Origin: Bacteroidota bacterium | GTDB lineage: Bacteria; Bacteroidota; Bacteroidia; Chitinophagales; Saprospiraceae | Length of the DNA: 64,000 nucleotides | Direction: 5' to 3' | Assembly (NCBI GenBank): GCA_017858735.1 | Contig: JAFMBH010000007.1 | Location: forward strand, 7,223 to 71,222 | Part shown: one piece after another, positions 26,635 through 35,790 of the stretch | Numbering within the stretch: the stretch's first letter is position 1 | Layout of the letters: each line of letters starts with the position of its first letter | Position numbers and translations under genes: made by a program | The notes under the pieces: generated by a model | What the model saw: only the letters and a program-made list of their open reading frames with translations | The model's database searches: none | What the model was told of the DNA's origin: nothing

Positions 26635-26654
26635 GCACTTTAGTTACACAAGAT

Positions 26655-26897
26655 TTACTTTGCAGCTAACTGATCTTCTAGATATTTAACGGCGTCGCCA
26701 ACAGTTTGAATCTTTTCCGCTTGCTCATCTGGAATAGAGACTTCAAATTCTTTTTCAAAAGCCATAATTAGCTCAACCGTATCTAAAGAATCGGCTCCTA
26801 AATCACCAGTGAAACTTGCACTTGGGTTTACATCTGCTTCGTCAACTCCCAAATTTTTAACGATAATCTTGCTTACTCTTTCTGCAATGCTAGACAT
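26655..26897 (-). CDS. acpP: Acyl carrier protein
   Basis: The 80-aa ORF has the phosphopantetheine attachment motif [11 protein letters not shown]. Confidence 0.97.
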   Translation of the reverse strand: MSSIAERVSKIIVKNLGVDEADVNPSASFTGDLGADSLDTVELIMAFEKEFEVSIPDEQAEKIQTVGDAVKYLEDQLAAK

Positions 26898-27094
26898 AGG
26901 GAAATTATTAGTGGTTTATTAAAATAATTTGCAAAGTAAAGCAGAACTACCTGTAAAATCAAAGTTTTTTATTATTTTTTTGATTTAATGCGTTCTTTCT
27001 TTTAAATTTTCAGATTTTTTAACCCCTTTTTGCAATATTATTGCTTATTTCGCCCTTACATTTATTAGAGTGTTAAATGTGATATACCCAAAAA

Positions 27095-28534
27095 ATGCAT
27101 AACAAAGTTAACAAAAACACAAAGATAGTAGCTACCGTTGGTCCTGCTTGTAGCTCCATTGAGAATCTTCGCGCCTTAGCCGATGCTGGGGTGAATATTT
27201 TTCGACTCAACTTTTCTCATAGTCGACACAATGAACATCTTGAAGTGATTCAACGTATTACGGAGTTAAATGAAAAATTTGGCTATCATATTGGTATTCT
27301 TGCCGACCTTCAGGGACCAAAACTTAGGGTTGGTCAAATTGAAAATAATGCGTTGGAACTTGCAGAAGGTGACATTATTACGCTGATTAATAAACCTTGT
27401 ATCGGCACCAGGGACGCTATTTACATGAGTTATCAGGATTTTGCCTCCGATGTTAAGGTAGGGGAAAAAGTTCTCGTAGATGACGGTAAACTGGTTTTCG
27501 AAGTAATAGAAACAAATTTTAAAGATACGGTTAGATTAGTTACACTATTTGGTGGCGTTTTGTCCTCAAATAAAGGCGTGAATCTTCCCAACACAAAAAT
27601 TTCGCTCCCGTCTTTACCCGAAAAGGATCTTATCGATCTGGAATTTATTCTTACGCAGCCAGTTAATTGGATCGCCCTTTCTTTCGTCCGTTCAGCTAAA
27701 GATGTTAAGGAATTAAGAGCCAAAATCGACGCTAAAAATCACCCGGCTAAAATTATCTCTAAAATTGAGAAACCTGAGGCTGTTGAAAAAATTGATAAAA
27801 TTATTAAGGCTTCTAATGCCATTATGGTGGCCCGCGGAGACCTTGGCATCGAAATTCCTATCGAGCAAGTGCCTGTTGTTCAAAAAACAATTATCCAAAA
27901 GTGTATTCGTAGATCCAGACCTGTTATTGTGGCTACCCAGATGATGGATTCCATGATTACTAATCCTTCACCAACGCGCGCTGAGGCTACCGATGTCGCT
28001 AATGCTGTTTTTGATGGCGCCGATGCCGTTATGTTGAGTGCAGAGACCTCCGTTGGAAGACATCCCATTAAAGTGGTTGAAGCGATGGTTAGAATTATTC
28101 AGGAGGCAGAAAAAGTATTCGAAATTGGAGACAAAAGACCAGTTCCCTCTGAAAATTCACGCACTTTCCTTTCTGATGTTGTCTGTCAGCAGGCCGTTCA
28201 TACCGCTGAAAGTATCAAAGCTACCGCTATTATTGGTATGACCAGTTCAGGTTATACAGCTTTCAAGGTATCAAGTTTTAGACCAGATATCAATATCAAA
28301 ACGTATATTTTTTGCGATAAAATTCACATGCTTGCCACGCTAAGTCTCGTATGGGGCGTCGAGTGTTTTTATTATGATCGTTATGCTACCACTGATGACA
28401 CCATTCAGGATGTAGTCGATTTGTTAAAAGAAAAATCTGTCCTTCAAAAAGGTGATGTCGTGGTGAATACAGGTACCATGCCGTTGATGAGAAAACACCG
28501 CACGAATATGCTTAAAATTACCGTTATTGAGTAA
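27095..28534 (+). CDS. pyk: Pyruvate kinase
   Basis: The 479-aa ORF has TKIVATVGPA, NFSHS, MVARGDLGIEIP and VATQMMDSM blocks. Confidence 0.95.
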   Translation: MHNKVNKNTKIVATVGPACSSIENLRALADAGVNIFRLNFSHSRHNEHLEVIQRITELNEKFGYHIGILADLQGPKLRVGQIENNALELAEGDIITLINKPCIGTRDAIYMSYQDFASDVKVGEKVLVDDGKLVFEVIETNFKDTVRLVTLFGGVLSSNKGVNLPNTKISLPSLPEKDLIDLEFILTQPVNWIALSFVRSAKDVKELRAKIDAKNHPAKIISKIEKPEAVEKIDKIIKASNAIMVARGDLGIEIPIEQVPVVQKTIIQKCIRRSRPVIVATQMMDSMITNPSPTRAEATDVANAVFDGADAVMLSAETSVGRHPIKVVEAMVRIIQEAEKVFEIGDKRPVPSENSRTFLSDVVCQQAVHTAESIKATAIIGMTSSGYTAFKVSSFRPDINIKTYIFCDKIHMLATLSLVWGVECFYYDRYATTDDTIQDVVDLLKEKSVLQKGDVVVNTGTMPLMRKHRTNMLKITVIE

Positions 28535-28552
28535 TCATCTTTAAATTTTTTC

Positions 28553-30208
28553 ATGAAAATCATCTGGTTTTGTCTTTCTTTCTTGTCGTTAAGTCTTGCG
28601 GTAATGGGGCAATCAGTGCAGGTTTCTGCGAATGATTTATTGGTGGAAACGGCTTTAATCGACGGCGCTAAAGAGAAATTTTTACGCAATACAGATAAGG
28701 CAGTAGCTATTTATCAGAAATTGTTGAAGGATTATCCGTCAAATGATTTGGCTGACTATTATCTGGCATTGATTTATCAGGATAGTTCTCAGTGGGAAAA
28801 AGCTATTTCTTACGCTCTTTCAGCCACTAAAAAATCACCTGACAATCTTTGGTTTCAACAGAAATTAGCTAACCTTTATCTACAAAATAATCAATATATT
28901 TTAGCCATTCCCGTGTTACAAAAATGTATCACGCTGGATCCCAAAGGAGTTGATTTTTATCAGTCATTGATTTTTTGTCATCAAAAAGCCAGTGACTGGA
29001 ATGCTGCATTTAAAGTGTTAGATTTGTTGGAATCTACCTGGGGTGTTTCTCCTAAGACGATCATTCAACGACAAGAGTTATTCCATTTATCGGGCAATAT
29101 TCCAAAGGCAAAAAAGGAACTGATTAGCCTGATTAGTTTGTTTCCTTCGGAAGAGAATCATTTTTACCTGGCTTCAGATTATTTTATTAAACACAATGAT
29201 ACAGAAGGAGCCTCAAAAATTTTAAAACAATTATTGACCTTACAGCCTGATGCCTCCCGCGCAAAATTTGAGCTCAGTCAACTTGAAAATAATGCAACAA
29301 CCACTTCGCTTTTATCGCTAAATTTATTTTTTTCTGATAATCAAATTGATACCGAAAAGAAAAGGGCTCGATTGATGCCTGAAATTGATAAACTGGTTAT
29401 TTCTAAAGACATTTCTCTGAAGGAACAATTATTAATTCTTTGTGCTTCAATGGAAGCTGCACATCCTTCTGATGCCGCTCCTTTGGCGCTACAGGCTGAA
29501 ATTTATCGTATCATGGGGGTAGTTGATAAGGCGGTGATGAAGTATAAAGCTGCGCTAAAAAAGGAAGAATCTATTTTTTTCGTTTGGGAAAATTATTTGC
29601 ATCTCCTTTGGACTACCGGTCAATCTGTTTCCTTAACTAAAGAAGCTTTGTTTGCCTGGGATATTTTTCCTAATAACCCAAAGATTCCTTTTTATGCAGC
29701 TTACGGTTATGTATTTCAGGGTAAAACGGCGGAAGCCCTACCTTTAATGGAGGAGGCTTTTCTTCAAAGCTCCAGAGATGAACAGCTTGCCAACCATTTA
29801 ATGGCTTTAAAAGCGCTCTCCCTATCGCTACAAGGTGAAAAAGTAGCTGCAAATGATATTTTTCTATCGTTAAAGGGAAAAGAAAAAAAATCTTACCTCT
29901 GGGCGCTGCAAATTTTATCAGGGGGTGAAATGCCTCTGCCTTTAACAAATAATGGTCCGGATGACAGGTATAATGAGGCGCTTGTCTTACATGCCAAAGC
30001 TTATGCTGCATTTAAAGCCAATCAACCTGATATGGCATTAAAGTTATTCGATGAGGGGGCAAAATGGGGAACACCGCTATTTTTCGAACATAGGGGAGAC
30101 GCATATCTTTCTGCAAATAATACATTGGAGGCCCAAAATGCATACAAAAAATCACTGGAATTGGGTAACACAGGAGAAAGTTTGTCCTTAAAATTGAGTA
30201 AGTTTTAG
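28553..30208 (+). CDS. Tetratricopeptide repeat protein (secreted)
   Basis: The 551-aa ORF has the signal peptide MKIIWFCLSFLSLSLAVMGQ and multiple TPR-like A..Y......P.....Y.LA helices. It lies upstream of DUF4292 and EnvC-like genes, a conserved Bacteroidota trio. Confidence 0.8.
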   Translation: MKIIWFCLSFLSLSLAVMGQSVQVSANDLLVETALIDGAKEKFLRNTDKAVAIYQKLLKDYPSNDLADYYLALIYQDSSQWEKAISYALSATKKSPDNLWFQQKLANLYLQNNQYILAIPVLQKCITLDPKGVDFYQSLIFCHQKASDWNAAFKVLDLLESTWGVSPKTIIQRQELFHLSGNIPKAKKELISLISLFPSEENHFYLASDYFIKHNDTEGASKILKQLLTLQPDASRAKFELSQLENNATTTSLLSLNLFFSDNQIDTEKKRARLMPEIDKLVISKDISLKEQLLILCASMEAAHPSDAAPLALQAEIYRIMGVVDKAVMKYKAALKKEESIFFVWENYLHLLWTTGQSVSLTKEALFAWDIFPNNPKIPFYAAYGYVFQGKTAEALPLMEEAFLQSSRDEQLANHLMALKALSLSLQGEKVAANDIFLSLKGKEKKSYLWALQILSGGEMPLPLTNNGPDDRYNEALVLHAKAYAAFKANQPDMALKLFDEGAKWGTPLFFEHRGDAYLSANNTLEAQNAYKKSLELGNTGESLSLKLSKF

Positions 30209-30212
30209 TAAA

Positions 30213-30968
30213 ATGTATAAAATAGTTTTGTCTTCTTTTCTGCTTTTTGCCATTCTTTCCTGCTCACCTAAAATTATTGAAAAGGGAGCATTAGTTGAAG
30301 ATGATAACCCTTCTTTATTTCTTAAAAAAGCAATATTCGCTCCAGAGTGGATGGAAGGAAAATGTCAGCTGCAAATGGCATCAGAAGATTCAAATTTGAG
30401 CGGTCAAGGCATTATTAGAATACGCAGGGATAGTGCCATTTGGGTTTCCTTGCGAAAATTAGGGTTTGAAGTGGGTAGAGCGCTGATTTTAAAAGATTCT
30501 TTTTTTTACTTAAACAGGCTCAATAATGTGTTTGAAGCTCATCCTATCTCTTTTATTAAGGAAAAATACCAGCTGCCCGGCGATTTTTTACATCTTCAGG
30601 CACTCCTTTTGGGAAACGCTCCTTTAGACGATATATCTGATTTTACGGTGACTAATAAAGAATCATTTGAGTGGCAGTTGCAAAAATCAATGGATAATGG
30701 TACCTTGTCTTTAGGCTGGGATTTTAATAATAAAAGGATTTCTGCTATAGATTGGAATCAGCCTTCAAGCAACAAATACTTTAAAATGAAGTTTGGAGAT
30801 TATAAAGCATTAGAAAGCAAGCAACAATTTTCTTATTTTCGTGATTTGAATATACAAAGTGCCGAAACTGGAAACCTACATGTCGTTCTATCATTCAATC
30901 AGGTTCAATTCAATTTGCCTGTCAGCCTTCGCTTCGATATCCCGCAAAGGTATTCTGGTAGCTATTAA
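30213..30968 (+). CDS. DUF4292 domain-containing lipoprotein
   Basis: The 251-aa ORF has the lipoprotein signal LLFAILSC. Its size and its position between the TPR and M23 genes match the DUF4292 context as I remember it. Confidence 0.65.
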   Translation: MYKIVLSSFLLFAILSCSPKIIEKGALVEDDNPSLFLKKAIFAPEWMEGKCQLQMASEDSNLSGQGIIRIRRDSAIWVSLRKLGFEVGRALILKDSFFYLNRLNNVFEAHPISFIKEKYQLPGDFLHLQALLLGNAPLDDISDFTVTNKESFEWQLQKSMDNGTLSLGWDFNNKRISAIDWNQPSSNKYFKMKFGDYKALESKQQFSYFRDLNIQSAETGNLHVVLSFNQVQFNLPVSLRFDIPQRYSGSY

Positions 30969-32130
30969 TTTTCTTTTTTTATTCGCCTTAATCGTTCCTG
31001 CCTACAGTCAATCGCGAAAGGAATTAGAGGAACGAAGGAAGGATTTGTTGAAAAATATTGAACAAACAACCAGGGAACTTCAACAAACCAGAGAGGATAA
31101 GGAAAAATCTCTACAACACTATCTTAATCTTCAAACACAGGTATTGAACAGGCAACAACTGGTAAATAATCTTAAAAGTGAAATTATTTACACGGAGTCG
31201 AGAATATATCGAACGAGAGACGTTCTGGCATCTCTTCAGTTAGATATCGATCGTTTACAGATCGAATACAAGCAAATGGTGAGGGCAGCTTTGAGAAATA
31301 AGTTAAATCGAAATCTGGATGCTTTTCTGTTTTCAGCTGAAAATCTAAATCAATTTTATAAACGCTTTGTGCTGGTAAAACAATACGAAAGTTATCGGCG
31401 AAGACAGGTTTCCTTAATTCATGCTACGCAAACAACTTTGAAAAAGAAAACGGTTCAGCTTACCGCCTCATTGGCAGAAAAAGAATCTATCATGCTGGCA
31501 ATAAAGGGACAAGAACAACAGTTAGGGCAGGAAATGAAGGTCAAAAATAAGGTATTGACCACGCTAAAGGATAATGAACAGAAATTAGCTACCTCATTGG
31601 AAGATCAGTTGCGGCAAAGACTTAAATTGGATAATTCCATAGAAAGGGTGATTCGAACAGAGATGGAGGCGATAGCTAAAAGGAATGTAATAGCGCCAAA
31701 ATCGGATAAAAAATCAATGCCTGCCTCAACCGCGTCTCATTTTCAACAGGCAAAAGGAAGTCTTCCCTGGCCGGTCGAGAACGGACAGGTAGTCAAATCC
31801 TTTGGTACGCAACAACACCCTGATTTTAAAGATGTGAAAACAGTGAATAATGGAATTGATATACTAACCTCTCCAAAAGCATCTGTCAAAGTTGTATTCC
31901 CAGGAAAAGTGGTCGGTACCCAAGTCGTTCCTGGCTACCAATATACAGTGATTGTACAACACGATAATTTTTATACCGTATATGCCAATATGGAGACGAT
32001 TAGTGTTAAAAGGGGGGATGTGCTGTCGGTTAATCAATCCATTGGGTCTTTAGGTGATGAAAAACCTGAGATTCATTTTGAATTATGGAAGGAAAAGCAG
32101 AGACTTAATCCTTCTGATTGGATACAATAA
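30880..32130 (+). CDS. EnvC-like murein hydrolase activator (coiled coil + degenerate LytM/M23 domain)
   Basis: The ORF track gives 30859..32130. A long coiled-coil region is followed by a LytM domain (VNNGIDILTSPKASVKVVFPGKVV...VIVQHDNFYTVYANM...GDVLSVNQSIGSLG...IHFELW). The start is uncertain: the only ATG/GTG/TTG codons upstream of the signal peptide (KGILVAINFLFLFALIVPAYSQ) are at 30859 and 30880. Either one overlaps DUF4292 by 89-110 nt. Confidence 0.8.
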   Translation: MSFYHSIRFNSICLSAFASISRKGILVAINFLFLFALIVPAYSQSRKELEERRKDLLKNIEQTTRELQQTREDKEKSLQHYLNLQTQVLNRQQLVNNLKSEIIYTESRIYRTRDVLASLQLDIDRLQIEYKQMVRAALRNKLNRNLDAFLFSAENLNQFYKRFVLVKQYESYRRRQVSLIHATQTTLKKKTVQLTASLAEKESIMLAIKGQEQQLGQEMKVKNKVLTTLKDNEQKLATSLEDQLRQRLKLDNSIERVIRTEMEAIAKRNVIAPKSDKKSMPASTASHFQQAKGSLPWPVENGQVVKSFGTQQHPDFKDVKTVNNGIDILTSPKASVKVVFPGKVVGTQVVPGYQYTVIVQHDNFYTVYANMETISVKRGDVLSVNQSIGSLGDEKPEIHFELWKEKQRLNPSDWIQ

Positions 32131-32140
32131 TTAAGCTAAT

Positions 32141-33355
32141 ATGAGTAATGGTTGGAATGTTGGGGAAAAGGCTCAAAAAGGTGTTCTTTTAGAACCGGAA
32201 TTTGCCGTTTTAGTGGGACTAATCCAAAAAGGAGAAACGGAGGAGCAAGTAAATGAATATTTAGACGAATTAGCCTTTTTAGCCCTCACTGCAGGTGCGA
32301 CTTGTCTAAAGCGTTTTACTCAAAAATTGATTCATCCCGATAGTAAAACGTTTATCGGAAAGGGTAAATTAGAGGAAATTCAAGCCTATGTCCAAAGTCA
32401 CGAAAATGTAAATATGGTCATTTTTGACGATGATCTTACAGGCAAACAGGTCAATATCCTGGAGGCTTTCCTGAAAGTAAAAATCATTGATCGTTCTACC
32501 TTGATTCTGGATATTTTTGCGTCAAGGGCACAAACGGCTCAAGCAAAAACCCAGGTTGAATTGGCTCAAATGCAGTATCTATTGCCCAGATTAAGAGGAC
32601 TTTGGACGCATTTGGAAAGGCAAAAAGGGGGTATCGGCATGAGAGGTCCCGGTGAAAAGGAAATTGAAACAGACCGTCGTATCGTTAGAGATAAAGTTAC
32701 TTTGCTTAGAAAGAAACTGGAGAAAATTTCTTTGCAAAATGAAACTCAACGTAAAAGTCGCGGAGATCTTATTCGCGTAGCCCTCGTAGGTTATACCAAT
32801 GTAGGCAAGTCAACCCTGATGAATTTACTGAGTAAATCAGATGTGTTTGCCGAAAATAAACTTTTTGCAACCCTCGATACTACTGTTCGAAAAGTTGTAT
32901 TGGAAGATGTTCCTTTTTTATTGTCTGATACCGTTGGTTTTATAAGAAAGTTACCCCACCATCTGGTTGAAAGTTTTAAATCCACACTGGACGAAGTAAG
33001 GGAAAGTGATATTCTTCTTCATGTGGTCGATATCGCCCATCCTCAGCATGAAGATCATATACGTACAGTAAATCAGACCTTGCTTGATCTTGGCGTTGCA
33101 GAAAAGCCAACCTGGCTCATTCTTAATAAATTTGATCTCTATCGCGAAAAATATTTTGACGAACTTCTCGACGAGGAAGGTAAAACGGAGGTCGTTTCCA
33201 GTATGTTAAATAAATGGTTACAGGGGGAACTCATTGAACCTCTCCTTATTTCTGCTGAAAAAAAGGAAAATATGGATGTTTTTCGACAAAGATTACTGGG
33301 TCTCGTCAAGGATCAATATAAAATCCGCTATCCCTATCAGTCAAAACAATGGTAG
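32141..33355 (+). CDS. hflX: GTPase HflX
   Basis: The 404-aa ORF has the HflX N-domain, then G1 (GYTNVGKSTL), G3 (DTVGF) and G4 (NKFD). Confidence 0.95.
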   Translation: MSNGWNVGEKAQKGVLLEPEFAVLVGLIQKGETEEQVNEYLDELAFLALTAGATCLKRFTQKLIHPDSKTFIGKGKLEEIQAYVQSHENVNMVIFDDDLTGKQVNILEAFLKVKIIDRSTLILDIFASRAQTAQAKTQVELAQMQYLLPRLRGLWTHLERQKGGIGMRGPGEKEIETDRRIVRDKVTLLRKKLEKISLQNETQRKSRGDLIRVALVGYTNVGKSTLMNLLSKSDVFAENKLFATLDTTVRKVVLEDVPFLLSDTVGFIRKLPHHLVESFKSTLDEVRESDILLHVVDIAHPQHEDHIRTVNQTLLDLGVAEKPTWLILNKFDLYREKYFDELLDEEGKTEVVSSMLNKWLQGELIEPLLISAEKKENMDVFRQRLLGLVKDQYKIRYPYQSKQW

Positions 33356-33591
33356 TAGTCAGGAAAATGAATGCTTTTCCCGTTGAGTTCCCATGATTCT
33401 TTCTTTACACATTATCATCGGATAATATTTTAAGGGATTGATAATCAAATAAATTGATTTTTTTAGAAAATATTTAAAGTAAAACTTGTATAATTTATTT
33501 ACCTTTTTACACTATATTGCAATCGAAAATTTTTTCCCGGTTTTTCTCAAGGTGTTCTTGGTAAATCCGAAACCCAGAATACACACAAAAA

Positions 33592-34314
33592 GTGAATAGG
33601 AATATAGCCTTTTTGGAACTCAAATATGGTAATATCTACGGTGGATATCCCAATTTTTATGCTATTAGTGAAATTGCTTTTTTAGTTTTCGAAATTGGAT
33701 CTAAAAAACTTTTTCTGGAAAGTTGGATTAATAACGCTCCCGTTGATATTGTGAATGTCTATTCTGAAGTAAATGAATTGGGGCATACGCTGTCAAGAAA
33801 TAAGGAGGTATTCAATCTAAATACCGGTCTATCCAGGCCATTCGATGAAAATTTTAAGTTATCAGAGGATAAGCTTTTCTTTGAATTTAATAAATTAAAA
33901 AACGCTAAACTCCATATTAGAAACTTTCTTGAGAAGAATTTTCATAAATATGAGTTTGATGATCTTGTAGTATTTGATGGTCGTCGCGATCTTTTTCTTT
34001 GTGAACGTTGTGGCGCTGATTTCTCAGGCTGGAATGTAATAGATTTACAAAAAGAGTTAAATAAAACCACTGAATATTTGTTTTCACTAAACAAATTATC
34101 TGTTATTATAAATTACAGGTTAGACAAATCGCATTTAAAAAGTAACAATCTTGAATATTGGCTTCATCCCATTGCTGCCAGACAAATTGTACCTAAATCT
34201 GCCGCCTGGGATGCTGCAAGACTTATGATGATATATAACGAGTGGAATAATCATCACGCTGATTTTCTTATTAAGGCTCAGTTACTCCTTAATAAAATTC
34301 AAACTTCCAAATAG
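33592..34314 (+). CDS. Hypothetical protein (orphan; faint DEDD/DnaQ-like exonuclease pattern)
   Basis: The 240-aa ORF has no in-frame ATG near its 5' end, so the start is GTG 33592 or TTG 33613. It is AT-rich and preceded by a 236-nt AT-rich gap. FLELKYG, VVFDGRRDLFL and KSAAWDAARLM weakly resemble the ExoI, ExoII and ExoIII motifs. Confidence 0.45.
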   Translation: MNRNIAFLELKYGNIYGGYPNFYAISEIAFLVFEIGSKKLFLESWINNAPVDIVNVYSEVNELGHTLSRNKEVFNLNTGLSRPFDENFKLSEDKLFFEFNKLKNAKLHIRNFLEKNFHKYEFDDLVVFDGRRDLFLCERCGADFSGWNVIDLQKELNKTTEYLFSLNKLSVIINYRLDKSHLKSNNLEYWLHPIAARQIVPKSAAWDAARLMMIYNEWNNHHADFLIKAQLLLNKIQTSK

Positions 34315-34321
34315 GTCTTTT

Positions 34322-35731
34322 TTATAGTACAAATTCCTGACCTGACGAAGGGATCACGGCTTCAGGCAATCCATATTGGTGAAGCAGTGTTGAAAAGGCT
34401 TTCTTAGCCTTATGTTCTCCGTGGACAAGGAATAATTTTTTCAAGTGACCTTTCTGGTTTTTTAAATAATCAAGCATTTCTAGTTTATCGCCATGGGCGG
34501 AAAAAGAGTCCAGAATTTCAACATTGGCTCTAACTTCCATTTTACGTCCCAATAAGTAAATGCTTTTGTCGCCAGCCCGTAACTTTCCACCTGGCGTAAA
34601 AGGGGAGCAATATCCAACAATCAAAATAGTATTATTTGGATTTTCAATATTGTGTGCCACATGGTGCTTTACCCTTCCAGCATTAATCATTCCTGAGGCA
34701 CTAATAATAATCGCAGGCCCTTTCAGTTCATTTAAAGCCATTGAATCGGACTGCTTGCGCAAGTATTTTAGCCTTTTGAAACCAAACGGATTATCGTCAA
34801 GGAGTAAATATTCAGTCAAATCCTCATCGAAACATTCGGGATGAGAGGCATAAACCATCGTTGCATTTACTGCCAAAGGACTATCGACAAATACAGGTAC
34901 CTGGGGCAATTTTCCTTCATTTTCCAGCTGATCCAGGATGAATAAGAGTTCCTGAGTTCTTCCGACACTAAAAGCAGGGATAATTACTTTTCCTCCCTTT
35001 TCAACACAGGTTTCAGTTAAAATCTGAAGAAATCTTTCTCTTTCCTTAGGATTAGCGTCGTGTTCTTTATTGCCGTAGGTTGATTCAGATATCAAGAAAT
35101 CAACAGGAGGTAAAGGTTTAGGGTTTCTTAAAATAGGTCTTTCAGGTCTGCCAATATCTCCAGTAAAGCCTAATAATTTTTCCTCTTTATTTTCAATAAT
35201 ACGCAGAGTTACTCCGGCACTTCCGAGAATATGTCCAGCATCGGAAAATTGAAAAGAAACCTGTTCATTGATGTTTATCCAACGGTCGTAACCAACGGTT
35301 ACAAATAGTTCTAAAGCTATAGGTACATCTTTGCCTCTATACAAAGGCTCATGAAAATCACGATCTTGATATCCAGCATTCCGAGATCTTTTCTTATGAA
35401 AAAACTCAGCATCTTTTTCTTGAATGAAGGCGCTATCCAATAATAGAATATGAGCAAGATCACGCGTGGCATGAGTGCAATATATGTTACCTTTAAATCC
35501 GTCCTTTACTAATTTTGGAATTCTTCCGCAATGATCAATATGGGCATGGGAAAGTATAAGGCAATCGATAGATTGAGGGTCGAACAGCCATTCCTGATTG
35601 AAATTTTCCATATCGGGGCGATTTCCCTGGTATAAACCACAATCCAATAAAATGGTAAACCCACTGTCCAGCGTAACCAAATGACTACTCCCGGTTACGT
35701 CCTGAACACCACCACAAAAGGTTAATTTCAT
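34322..35731 (-). CDS. MBL-fold metallo-hydrolase of the beta-CASP RNA-metabolising family
   Basis: The 469-aa ORF has LSHAHIDHCGRIP (HxHxDH). The beta-CASP region has ESTYG and a C-terminal SAHGD plus LVHGE. Confidence 0.85.
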   Translation of the reverse strand: MKLTFCGGVQDVTGSSHLVTLDSGFTILLDCGLYQGNRPDMENFNQEWLFDPQSIDCLILSHAHIDHCGRIPKLVKDGFKGNIYCTHATRDLAHILLLDSAFIQEKDAEFFHKKRSRNAGYQDRDFHEPLYRGKDVPIALELFVTVGYDRWININEQVSFQFSDAGHILGSAGVTLRIIENKEEKLLGFTGDIGRPERPILRNPKPLPPVDFLISESTYGNKEHDANPKERERFLQILTETCVEKGGKVIIPAFSVGRTQELLFILDQLENEGKLPQVPVFVDSPLAVNATMVYASHPECFDEDLTEYLLLDDNPFGFKRLKYLRKQSDSMALNELKGPAIIISASGMINAGRVKHHVAHNIENPNNTILIVGYCSPFTPGGKLRAGDKSIYLLGRKMEVRANVEILDSFSAHGDKLEMLDYLKNQKGHLKKLFLVHGEHKAKKAFSTLLHQYGLPEAVIPSSGQEFVL

Positions 35732-35790
35732 AATTTATTATTTATTCCAATATACGATATTTTTCAAGGTCTATGGTGTAAATGGCCATC

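Noticed and set aside
33362-33380. The hairpin ggaaaa-tgaatgc-ttttcc just after hflX as a terminator.
   Set aside because: The stem is only 6 bp and A/T-rich with no following U-tract, which is too weak to call.
33481-33500. TTGTATAAT upstream of the orphan gene as a sigma-70-type -10 promoter.
   Set aside because: Bacteroidota housekeeping promoters use TAnnTTTG rather than TATAAT. The match sits in AT-rich DNA about 98 nt from the start codon and could easily be chance.
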